Source: an uncultured virus (IMG/VR IMGVR_UViG_3300033148_004664)
Taxonomy: Duplodnaviria > Heunggongvirae > Uroviricota > Caudoviricetes
Strand: one strand, 5' to 3'
Virus record (IMG/VR): IMGVR_UViG_3300033148_004664
DNA: 64,000 nucleotides
Part shown: one piece after another, positions 55,475-64,000 of the stretch
How the letters are laid out: the number at the start of each line of letters is the position of its first letter
Numbering within the stretch: position 1 is the stretch's first letter
Position numbers and translations under genes: made by a program
Notes under the pieces: model-generated
Seen by the model: the letters and a program-made list of their open reading frames with translations, nothing else
What the model was told of the DNA's origin: nothing
Database searches by the model: none

Positions 55475-56014
55475 ATGGCTTACACATCGGCGGAACAAGA
55501 ATTAATAGACAGAGTCAGACAACAGATGAGTATGCAATATTCATCCTTATCTTCTTCTGACTATATACAAGCACAGAAATTTACGGATGAAGAAATTTAT
55601 TGGTTTTTACAGAGTGCTCTCGGGGATTTTAATTTATGGGCTCCCCGTCCTTCCAATTATACTATAGATACTTTAATATCGGAAAATTCCGGGTATAGTC
55701 AAGTATTGATTATGGGAGCTTGTATCTATGGATTGATTGCATTGGAATTTTACGAGGCCGGGATGCACTTTAATGTAAGTGATGATGGACATTCCATTAC
55801 AAGAGACAGACAGCCTAAATACGCCAACATTTTATCACAGTTATGGCAAGTTTACGCCGATATGTTAGGTAGAACAAAATTAATGTGGGCGATGTCGAAT
55901 ATGAGAATTCATGCGTTATTTACTCCCCTTGCTTCCGTTCCTTATGCCTCTTATAAAGGCACAAGGACTGTTCATGGAGGATTATGGGGGTATGGAAGAA
56001 GAAACATGCGTTAA
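55475..56014 (+). CDS. Head-tail adaptor/neck protein
   Basis: LIDRVR...FTDEEI..FL pattern; position. Confidence 0.6.
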   Translation: MAYTSAEQELIDRVRQQMSMQYSSLSSSDYIQAQKFTDEEIYWFLQSALGDFNLWAPRPSNYTIDTLISENSGYSQVLIMGACIYGLIALEFYEAGMHFNVSDDGHSITRDRQPKYANILSQLWQVYADMLGRTKLMWAMSNMRIHALFTPLASVPYASYKGTRTVHGGLWGYGRRNMR

Positions 56015-56034
56015 ATAGAAAGGAGTATAAAAGA

Positions 56035-56673
56035 ATGCCTGTACACACGGGAAAAGATTCAAAGGGATGTTATGCTCGTTGGGGCGAACATGGTAAGAAG
56101 TATTATTACAAATGTAAAGATAAAGAGAGTAGAGAACGAGCAGAAAATAGAGCACTACAGCAAGGACGAGCTATAAAGAGTCAAGGAACTACAACTTTAT
56201 CTTTGAAACGTAGAGCACAGATGCCGGGCGGTGAGTTCTTAGGCGGATTACCTCAAGATCCTGCGGCGGTGGAAAAGGAAATAATGAGTTATTTATATTA
56301 CAAGAAAGATGTACCGCCGGCGACTATAAAAAACATGATAGATACTTGGAGAGAGCGGGGTATTATGCCAAGCTCGTTTAATCCCGCTGTTATTGATAAT
56401 TTGACGGAAAAATATTTCGACGAAAAATTTTCACAGGAGAATTTAGAGCGTGATCTTGAGAGTATTGATTTGTTGGATTCTTACAAGAGTGAAGAAATAA
56501 GAGACCGTATGGATACTTTACTTGAGGAATATCGTGCTACAACGGATCCCGTAAGGAAAAGAGAATTGGAACAAGAATTGACGAGAATGCGACGGTTATT
56601 AATTCACGGAAAAAGACGAACGACAAGGAAAAAACGCGGACGATTTGACCCGTTCAAACCTTTCGTCAAGTAA
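56035..56673 (+). CDS. Phage protein with an internal LSLKRRAQ motif
   Basis: MPVH...ARWGEHGKKYYY N-domain plus a second helical domain. Confidence 0.65.
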   Translation: MPVHTGKDSKGCYARWGEHGKKYYYKCKDKESRERAENRALQQGRAIKSQGTTTLSLKRRAQMPGGEFLGGLPQDPAAVEKEIMSYLYYKKDVPPATIKNMIDTWRERGIMPSSFNPAVIDNLTEKYFDEKFSQENLERDLESIDLLDSYKSEEIRDRMDTLLEEYRATTDPVRKRELEQELTRMRRLLIHGKRRTTRKKRGRFDPFKPFVK

Positions 56674-56697
56674 TATTTTCATGTAAAGGGGGGTATC

Positions 56698-57423
56698 ATG
56701 ATTAATAAAATAATATCTATTATCATTATTGGTTTAATTATTGTAGCTGTAGCGTTAAATATACAGTTACGAAAACAACAAGAAAAATATAATGATCTTG
56801 TTGTAGAATTGGAATCGGAACGAAACAAAAAACCGAAGGAGATAGTTATACACGATACCAAGGTAGAATATGTATATAAAGATGGGAAAACTGTTGTAGT
56901 GGAGCGTGTACCGGAAGGTTATGTAAAATTTGATTTGGAAAAATACGAGAAGGCGATACAAGAACGAGAACAAGTACAAGCAAAAATAGACAGTCTCTCG
57001 CAGGAAAAAACAACGACAATTACGGCCATGCATAGATTACTACAACAGAAACAGTATGATAAAGCGTTATTGAATGAATATGAAACCAGAATAAAACTAT
57101 TAAATAATGATATAAGATCGTTAAAAAGAAAAATTAACATTCCTTCTAATGTTGTATCAATACAAAAACGCGGTTGGATTTTCCGAGTTCAAACCGGCAT
57201 AGGATGGAATGGTTCATTAGACGGGTATGTAGGAGTAAAATATGCGTTTTGGAATAAGTATGGTCTTACAGTAGGTACGACTTCCAAACAGATCGGACTT
57301 GGCATTACTCGAAAAATTGATTTCCTTCCAAGTATAAAGAATGTAGATTTATTATTAATGGGTGGCAAAAGTTATAAAGACTCTTACGGAACGGTATTTG
57401 TTGGGTTGGTTACAACACTTTAA
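56698..57423 (+). CDS. Membrane-anchored coiled-coil protein (possible spanin-like)
   Basis: N-terminal TM, coiled coil, amphipathic beta-strand C-terminus. Confidence 0.5.
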   Translation: MINKIISIIIIGLIIVAVALNIQLRKQQEKYNDLVVELESERNKKPKEIVIHDTKVEYVYKDGKTVVVERVPEGYVKFDLEKYEKAIQEREQVQAKIDSLSQEKTTTITAMHRLLQQKQYDKALLNEYETRIKLLNNDIRSLKRKINIPSNVVSIQKRGWIFRVQTGIGWNGSLDGYVGVKYAFWNKYGLTVGTTSKQIGLGITRKIDFLPSIKNVDLLLMGGKSYKDSYGTVFVGLVTTL

Positions 57424-57437
57424 AAAGGATTATTCCA

Positions 57438-57662
57438 ATGACATTATTTTCTACAAGTATTATACTGCACTTGGAAGGGTTTCTGCGGATATATCATTCT
57501 GGAGGAAACCTGACTCCAGATGATATTACGTTTTTGGAACATTTAGGTATATTCTTTGCAAAAACTTGCGGGATTGATGAATCAATGATCGCACATGCAA
57601 TTCTATTATTGAGTCGAATGAATGAGGGAGAGAACTCAAATGAAGCGTTGGTTCTTAATTAG
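57438..57662 (+). CDS. Hypothetical protein
   Basis: ORF with an AGGA RBS. Confidence 0.45.
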   Translation: MTLFSTSIILHLEGFLRIYHSGGNLTPDDITFLEHLGIFFAKTCGIDESMIAHAILLLSRMNEGENSNEALVLN

Positions 57663-57749
57663 TATGGGAATCGGGATATTTTTAATGATTGCAGTATGGA
57701 TAAGGAATAAATTAATTAATGACATAGCAGATGATTTGATTTTATTTAT

Positions 57750-58589
57750 TTAAGCGAATAAGTCGAGTTGATCTATCTGTTGTTTCATTCTATGTTCTGC
57801 TATTTTTATGTATTCGTATTCTATTTCATATCCAATAAAATGACGATGAAGTTTAGACGCTACTAAACATGTTGTACCGCTTCCCGCAAAAGGATCCAAT
57901 ACAATATCATCTTTGAAAGTGTAAAGTTGTATCAACCTAAACGGCAGTTCTTCCGGAAATGGGGCAGGATGCCCGATTTTCCGTGCAGAAACCGTAGGAA
58001 ATGTCCAAATACTCTTTGTCCATTCTAAAAAATCTTCTTTCAGAATAGTGCTCTGTTTTCCTTCAGAAGAACGTTCAAATGAACCTTTAGAAAAAACAAG
58101 TATGTATTCATGTACATCCCGCAATACAGGATTAGAAGCGGATAACCAGCTTCCCCATGCAGTGGAGGAACCGACACTTGAACCTTTATTCCAAATTATT
58201 TCCCCTCTCATGGAAAATCCTATATTCAACATATCTTCTATAACATATCTATGTAGAGGAATATATGGTTTTCTACCTATATTTGCGATATTGATACAAA
58301 TACGCCCTCCATTCGTTAAAACTCTGTAACATTCTTTCCATGCATTTCGCAGAAATTGTCTATATTCAACGAGCGTCATGTTTTTATCATAATCTTTCAT
58401 AACATTATAAGGAGGCGATGTGACAACAAGATGAATACTATTATTAGGTAATTCTTCCATGTTTTCACACGATTTACAGAAAATGCGATCCAGATATTCA
58501 GATGGAACTTGATTTTCTGATTCAGAAACATCGATTTCAGTCATTACGCCGTTATACATATTACTTTCATAAATGCTCTTGTTTTTCAT
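57750..58589 (-). CDS. N4C/N6A DNA methyltransferase, beta class
   Basis: TSPPY, HPAPFP, DPFAGSGTT; ends QLDLFA; the only well-supported minus-strand gene. Confidence 0.92.
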   Translation of the reverse strand: MKNKSIYESNMYNGVMTEIDVSESENQVPSEYLDRIFCKSCENMEELPNNSIHLVVTSPPYNVMKDYDKNMTLVEYRQFLRNAWKECYRVLTNGGRICINIANIGRKPYIPLHRYVIEDMLNIGFSMRGEIIWNKGSSVGSSTAWGSWLSASNPVLRDVHEYILVFSKGSFERSSEGKQSTILKEDFLEWTKSIWTFPTVSARKIGHPAPFPEELPFRLIQLYTFKDDIVLDPFAGSGTTCLVASKLHRHFIGYEIEYEYIKIAEHRMKQQIDQLDLFA

Positions 58590-58735
58590 CTCATATTCCT
58601 CCTTTCTTTTTAATATACGCAATTTTTTAACGATAAAAAATATATTTTTTATCAAAATGTATTGTAGTTTATTATTTTATATTGTAATTTGTAAACGAGA
58701 TGTTGTAATTCTTTTAGAACATTTCTTTATATGGG

Positions 58736-59563
58736 GTGTATGCGTTGGAGAATCTTTATTTAATAAATGACCAAATACTTGATTACATAAAAGAGAATAA
58801 CGAAATAATATTACGTAACTTCGGCGATTCTTGTTTTTTATTGCAACGTAAATGGTCTGGATCTACTATCGGGCCTATAGAAATTGATACGTATGACGAT
58901 AGTTCGCATACTGTTTTCACATTATGGGAAGGTGGACAAAATCCGCCGAATTCCGACCATCCTGATGTGCGTATTCATATCAATGATGGTTCCGGTGCAA
59001 TAACAGTAGAAAAAGACGGTTCTGTTCTTACACGTGTTTATGACGAGGACAGTTTGAGTTCTTCCGATGAATTTGCAGTTGCAACAACAGCGGACGGTAC
59101 GGTAAAAGTGTATTTATATGAATCGGGTACGACGGTTCGCGTTACTTATTCAACTATTTGTTATTGTGTCGATCCCGAACGATCGCAACCTGTATCTGAT
59201 TGTTCCGTCTGTTACGGCACAGGTTTTGAAGGAGGTTTTGATGTATATCAAGGGAGTGGATCCTACTATAATCAATCCGGTACAATTCTCGTGCGGATTC
59301 CGCCTCACTTCTCAGACCAACGAAGAGAAAATGTACGAGGATTTGTTGAGGAAGAAGAAGGAGAAGCGTGGACGCTCGGAACGCCGGAAATAAAGGACTA
59401 CGATGTCATTGTTCCCGTTACTGGAGATCACGTAGGACGACGATACGAAATTGTGAATCCGAAAAGATCACATTTGAGAAATGAGGTTTTGAGTCAACGA
59501 TTCGCTGTAAGATATATAGAACCTACTCATATCGTATATTCTTTCCCTACGGGAAGTGTTTAA
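58736..59563 (+). CDS. Head closure/neck protein
   Basis: CYC...CSVCYGTGFEGGF Zn motif; position. Confidence 0.55.
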   Translation: MYALENLYLINDQILDYIKENNEIILRNFGDSCFLLQRKWSGSTIGPIEIDTYDDSSHTVFTLWEGGQNPPNSDHPDVRIHINDGSGAITVEKDGSVLTRVYDEDSLSSSDEFAVATTADGTVKVYLYESGTTVRVTYSTICYCVDPERSQPVSDCSVCYGTGFEGGFDVYQGSGSYYNQSGTILVRIPPHFSDQRRENVRGFVEEEEGEAWTLGTPEIKDYDVIVPVTGDHVGRRYEIVNPKRSHLRNEVLSQRFAVRYIEPTHIVYSFPTGSV

Positions 59564-60101
59564 CATGAGAATATCACTTGGATTAATAGATGTCATCTGG
59601 GATGATTTTGAAGGATTATTACGATTAACAAATTTGGAAGAACAGAAAAAACAAGCCAATAATATAAATAAATTAATAGGGGAAGAAGTTTCGGTGTTAT
59701 TAGATACCGTTGTACAAGGAAGAAATTATAAAGCTGCATATCATGACATAGATGAATCCGAAACGAGTGTTATTATTGTAAAAGCTCCTGTAGATACTAC
59801 AAGGCCTTGGTGGTTTAAGAGAACAACACAGGATACATCTACATGGGTTTTATTAGGTGAACTTACTGGGGATGAGCGTTTACAAATAGGAAAAGAATTG
59901 ACTTTGAAATTTCCGAATAAAATGGTTCCGGTAGGTATAATAGCAGAAAAAGCATGGTGGTTACGACAACAACGTAATTTAATTCAAGCATACGCTATGA
60001 CGGGTATGCAGAAAGATGAATTACAAAAAGCCATTAATAATATCGTAACGGATAAATATAGTACGTTAGTTACACGATTAATGTATAATGAGGTATTATA
60101 A
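59556..60101 (+). CDS. Hypothetical virion-module protein
   Basis: 181 aa ORF in the tail module. Confidence 0.6.
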   Translation: MFNMRISLGLIDVIWDDFEGLLRLTNLEEQKKQANNINKLIGEEVSVLLDTVVQGRNYKAAYHDIDESETSVIIVKAPVDTTRPWWFKRTTQDTSTWVLLGELTGDERLQIGKELTLKFPNKMVPVGIIAEKAWWLRQQRNLIQAYAMTGMQKDELQKAINNIVTDKYSTLVTRLMYNEVL

Positions 60102-61144
60102 TGTGGATTACTTGTGCTGATATGGTAAAAAGAGAATTCGTTCGATTCTATAATAAGTTATTCCATACGCCTCAATTATATTTGAATACTACTGATGACG
60201 AGAATTTAGATTCACAAATAGATTTGACTAAACATCATATACGCGCCGTCGAGAATTTTAATTATGAGGGTGAAGAGTATCCTGTTATAGTTGTAGGTGT
60301 GAACGGAGGTGAGTTATTAATACGAGATTTCGGGGATGAAATCGGAACTCATTCGCATATTGAAACTTTAGGTACAGATTCTCTTGGGTATGAAATAATA
60401 GGAAATAACGGAAGCGGTAGTATATCTGAAGTAGCTGTAAAATTTCAGCCTTCTATAAGTTTTGAGTTGGAAGAAATCAAAACATTGATGAGTAATGCAA
60501 CAGGATATGCGCAAGGAGACATAACGGTTTATTTATACGAAGGAGGGGATGAGCCGGAAGAAGGTACATTAATGGCAAGTGGTGTGTTGGATGGCTTTTC
60601 CGATCAATCTCAACACTATACATATTTTGGGTTTTCGGATAAGCAAAGTTTGGACAAGGACAATACTTATTGGTTACGATATACGACAGATTCATATAGT
60701 CGATATAATATTTTTATTGATACGGATGATTCCGTTTCCGATATGTCCGTTGCCGTGAAAGATGATGCTTCATCCGACTGGTCTGTAGAAACAGGCAAAG
60801 CAGTTGTCGGAACATTACGAGGAAACAGTGCAATTGTATTCGGCGGTGATGTACGTATTCCCGTAACTGTGCAGATAGCGGGGAAAGACGCAAAAACTGT
60901 AGATGCAATTTTTGATATTAGTTTACTCTACACCGAATTGGCAAAGAAGACAGCGTATGGAGATTTTTATAAACAACGAATACGAATAGACAAAATTAGT
61001 TTCGGAGGCGATACCGCTCCGCAACAATTTCGGAATCAGCTTATATTCATAAGATCCATGACTGTAAATGTCATTGCAGCTTGGACATTCGATGTGAGTG
61101 CGGAGTTACTGCGTGAATTTGGATATGATATAAGCGTTTATTAA
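60101..61144 (+). CDS. Tail completion/terminator-like protein with an inserted beta domain
   Basis: YPVIVV N-part; directly precedes the sheath gene. Confidence 0.5.
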   Translation: MWITCADMVKREFVRFYNKLFHTPQLYLNTTDDENLDSQIDLTKHHIRAVENFNYEGEEYPVIVVGVNGGELLIRDFGDEIGTHSHIETLGTDSLGYEIIGNNGSGSISEVAVKFQPSISFELEEIKTLMSNATGYAQGDITVYLYEGGDEPEEGTLMASGVLDGFSDQSQHYTYFGFSDKQSLDKDNTYWLRYTTDSYSRYNIFIDTDDSVSDMSVAVKDDASSDWSVETGKAVVGTLRGNSAIVFGGDVRIPVTVQIAGKDAKTVDAIFDISLLYTELAKKTAYGDFYKQRIRIDKISFGGDTAPQQFRNQLIFIRSMTVNVIAAWTFDVSAELLREFGYDISVY

Positions 61145-61167
61145 GTAGATATATAGGAGGGATAATC

Positions 61168-62682
61168 ATGACACGATACACTGGACCAGGGGTTGAGGTC
61201 ACAGTACAGGAGAACAAGCGGATTATCAATATAGCAGAGGATGTCCGTGTTCCTGCTATTCTGGGAATGGGACCATCAAGAATCAATGTTACGGACGAAG
61301 CGGTTACGCGCGGTTCTTCTGGTTATACTGACACTTTAACCCATACTAATAGCGTGAAAATAGAAAAAATAATGCACACTCCCGGGCTGTCTTCTTCGGA
61401 CGCAAATTATAGTAATGCGTTGTTTGAGGGGGACGGCGTTGATTACACCGATAATGGAGACGGCACTATTACCTGGGAGGCTGGTGCAGAATCCGGTGAC
61501 GGAAAGGAAATGACAGCGGGAATGGTTTATTATGTAACGTATTCCTATGCTGTGGATTCAGACCAGTTTGACCCGAAAGTTTTTGTAGATGATGAAGATA
61601 TTATAAATACTTACGGAGAGGAAACAGCCGACATAGCTACTCAAGACTTCGGCCCTTCCGGTTCTACTGTGAGCGGTGTTGTATGCGGTAACCTTACGGT
61701 AGCGGGGCGGTTGGCTCTTGAGAACGGTGCACCTAAAGTGTATTTGTGCCAAGTTGATTCTGGATCTACGTTTAATGCGGCACGTTATAAAGATAGTTTA
61801 GAGAAACTTGAAAAATTAATAAACGTGGGAAAGGTGATAGCTGTATTCCCATCCGGTGCTGTTTCGCAATCCGATATTGACACGGTTCATGCTTATTTGA
61901 AATCCCACTGTGAACGGATGAGTACAGCGGAAACGAAACGGGAGCGCGAATGTATTATTGGCGATGCCTATACTGACTTTGCCACTTCCGGCGGGCATAA
62001 CACTATAGGGGACATTTCTACCGACCCGTCGTTTATTTATAAGGCTCAATCATATAACAGCAAACGGGTTATGTATGTTGCGCCTACAAGATTTCAGAGA
62101 GTGAACGATCAGGGCACCACTATGACTCTTGACGGCAATTACCTTGCTTGTGCAGTAGCTGGAAAGATCCTTGCTCAAGATCCAGTTTCAACACCGGTTA
62201 CCGGAATGACTATCGTCGGCGGAACGATTCCGAATGAGTTGTGGTCGGAAGCGGAATTGAACTCGTTAGGTGCTGCGGGGGTTACCGTCATAACGAGTCG
62301 TAGTAATTTAATGACGATACGACATGCAATCACTACAAATACTGCTTCAGCGGAAACAGTTGAAGACAGTGTCGTACAGATTGAAAATAAAGTAAAGAGA
62401 ACGATACGGGATCGGTTACGAGATATGTTTATAGGAAAAGGTATTGTTATCGACGATAACACGATATATAGTGTGAATGCAGCGGTTCGTTCTATTCTTG
62501 ATGAATTAGTTTTGAGTAACGTGATATACGAATACGGTACTGAAAATAATCCGTTGACCGGCGAAACACCTATAACGGCCAAGCAATCAACTACAGAACC
62601 AAGACGTATCGACGTAACGTTTTCTTATAAACCGTTATATCCGTTAGTTTGGATTAAGGTTACGGCTTCGACTTATGTATAA
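61168..62682 (+). CDS. Tail sheath protein
   Basis: YTGPGVEV N-terminus; C-terminal EPRRIDVTFSYKPLYPLVWI. Confidence 0.9.
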   Translation: MTRYTGPGVEVTVQENKRIINIAEDVRVPAILGMGPSRINVTDEAVTRGSSGYTDTLTHTNSVKIEKIMHTPGLSSSDANYSNALFEGDGVDYTDNGDGTITWEAGAESGDGKEMTAGMVYYVTYSYAVDSDQFDPKVFVDDEDIINTYGEETADIATQDFGPSGSTVSGVVCGNLTVAGRLALENGAPKVYLCQVDSGSTFNAARYKDSLEKLEKLINVGKVIAVFPSGAVSQSDIDTVHAYLKSHCERMSTAETKRERECIIGDAYTDFATSGGHNTIGDISTDPSFIYKAQSYNSKRVMYVAPTRFQRVNDQGTTMTLDGNYLACAVAGKILAQDPVSTPVTGMTIVGGTIPNELWSEAELNSLGAAGVTVITSRSNLMTIRHAITTNTASAETVEDSVVQIENKVKRTIRDRLRDMFIGKGIVIDDNTIYSVNAAVRSILDELVLSNVIYEYGTENNPLTGETPITAKQSTTEPRRIDVTFSYKPLYPLVWIKVTASTYV

Positions 62683-62698
62683 TTAGGAGGTATAAATT

Positions 62699-63154
62699 AT
62701 GGGACGTGCACCATTAACAAATAACGAAACTGTTGTCCATTATCAGTATTTAGTTAAAATAAATGGAAAACCCGTTGGAACTCTACAGCGGTTTAACCCA
62801 TCTACCGAACGAGATCTTGAACGTGTCAGGGAAATTAATAGTAGTATAGATCGTGATGCTGTTGAAATAATACCAGGTAGATCTGCACATCAGATAACGG
62901 TAGATAGGCTGGAATTGAATACTAATGCGTTAGCACAAGTATTAGGAGACGAAAGTATCGTAAGTATTGCTGATATTCAAGTTCCAATTGACATTGTTGA
63001 AATTATGACAAAACCTGATGGAACCACCAGAAAAATCCATTACTCAAAATGTTGGCCTAAATCGTACAGTAAAACAATTACAGTGGATACTGTTAGTGTT
63101 ACAGAATCGGTTACGTTTTGGGTAACTAATATTTATTCCGGTGGAAATGATTGA
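62699..63154 (+). CDS. Tail tube protein
   Basis: 151 aa after the sheath; VREI...EIIPG...YSKCW..SYS. Confidence 0.8.
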   Translation: MGRAPLTNNETVVHYQYLVKINGKPVGTLQRFNPSTERDLERVREINSSIDRDAVEIIPGRSAHQITVDRLELNTNALAQVLGDESIVSIADIQVPIDIVEIMTKPDGTTRKIHYSKCWPKSYSKTITVDTVSVTESVTFWVTNIYSGGND

Positions 63155-63188
63155 TAAGTAAGGGACTTACACAAAGGAGAAATAAACA

Positions 63189-63836
63189 ATGTTTACTAAA
63201 GATTATTGTGAATTAAACCGAATGTATAAAATAGGCGATATTGGTCTTGTCAAGGTAAAACCGTTTGAATACTTAGAAAACAGTCCTTGGAAAGACGAAG
63301 AATGGGAAATGCGCCTATTGAATGCAGGAGAATTGCTTGAGGTGATGCAAACTGTTAGATCAATGATTGATCAACAGACTGAAGATGAAAGACAATTACA
63401 ATTAATTGAAATGTTTATTCGTTCTGTAGTCCGGCGAAACGGGAGATTACTCGTTTCAGACGCTGATGTAGAACAATACAACAAAGACCATAATCTTGAA
63501 GGAGATCGTGCGATAACACGAATGCAACTCGCCCGATTGGCTGCACGAGAAATTGAACAATATGTACTGAATACATGGAATAATCAATACGCTATTCTAT
63601 TGAGTAAACAACAGAATCTTATTATGGGGGTGGTAGTATGTAAGAATTGTGGGCAGATGCACCCACGTGAGACGGAAGGTTTACCGGAAATAGAAAATAT
63701 AGATGAAGTTCCTTATTGTCCTTCTTGTAAAGATGAATATTTGAAGGAACATCCTCAAGATGAAGAGGAAGACAAAGAAGAGGAGCCTTCTACTAAAAAA
63801 GAAAGCGTATTAGGCGAAAATATTGAATTGGGTTGA
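63189..63836 (+). CDS. Tail assembly chaperone (putative)
   Basis: Follows the tube gene; MRLLNAGE motif, C-terminal Zn finger and acidic tail. Confidence 0.55.
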   Translation: MFTKDYCELNRMYKIGDIGLVKVKPFEYLENSPWKDEEWEMRLLNAGELLEVMQTVRSMIDQQTEDERQLQLIEMFIRSVVRRNGRLLVSDADVEQYNKDHNLEGDRAITRMQLARLAAREIEQYVLNTWNNQYAILLSKQQNLIMGVVVCKNCGQMHPRETEGLPEIENIDEVPYCPSCKDEYLKEHPQDEEEDKEEEPSTKKESVLGENIELG

Positions 63837-63840
63837 TGCT

Positions 63841-64000
63841 ATGGATAAGTACTTCTACATAAATGATTATAGAAATGCTATATTCAAAGGAGAATTACCT
63901 ACTGTAACTGTTTTTCCTTTCAAAAAGTATTATTACAGCCCTTATCATGATTATTCCTTCAAGATGACTCTATTGGAGAACGATGAATTTATCTTGAGAC
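63841..64000 (+). CDS. Partial ORF running off the window
   Basis: MDKYFYINDY... open to the end. Confidence 0.5.
   Translation, partial: MDKYFYINDYRNAIFKGELPTVTVFPFKKYYYSPYHDYSFKMTLLENDEFILR

Noticed and set aside
63790..63845. Programmed frameshift in the tail chaperone
   Set aside because: An A-run is present, but the downstream ORF's frame has a TAG at 63811 just after it, so no simple G/GT-type fusion is supported.
1..64000. CRISPR array
   Set aside because: No run of equal-length repeats with unique spacers was seen; repeats are paralogous genes or promoter units.
1..64000. Stop-codon reassignment (TAG or TGA)
   Set aside because: Long genes are intact in the standard code, and TAG/TGA end genes that are followed closely by the next RBS and start.

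Overview
This window is a 64 kb piece of a large, AT-rich, tailed dsDNA phage with a contractile tail (myovirus-like), coded almost entirely on the + strand in the standard genetic code. (1) 1-9.5 kb is a tandem array of ankyrin-like or helical-repeat paralogs. Four of them, plus a leader-only mini-ORF, share an N-terminal tag, M-L-x-[LI]-x-R-R-[ED]-E. (2) 9.5-44.6 kb is an early/accessory region driven by a recurring TTGnnn-N17-TATATT promoter. It holds eight of the window's nine DNA methyltransferases: a tandem cassette with constant ends and variable middles, two C5 enzymes with nested alternate-frame ORFs (one circularly permuted), and most with clamp-binding-like QLxL motifs. It also holds a radical SAM protein, a GNAT, an RNA ligase, a RuvC-like nuclease, a MazG-like protein, Lar-like, YopX-like and Cys-rich paralog families, tRNA-Pro and tRNA-Lys, several structured non-coding elements, and an 81-nt tmRNA reduced to its tRNA-like domain. 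(3) 44.8-64 kb is the virion module: prohead protease, scaffold-like protein, decoration protein, major capsid, fibre-like proteins with export signals, lysis genes, neck, tail sheath, tube and chaperone, with a ninth methyltransferase inserted on the - strand. All product calls come from motif recognition by eye; no database search was run.
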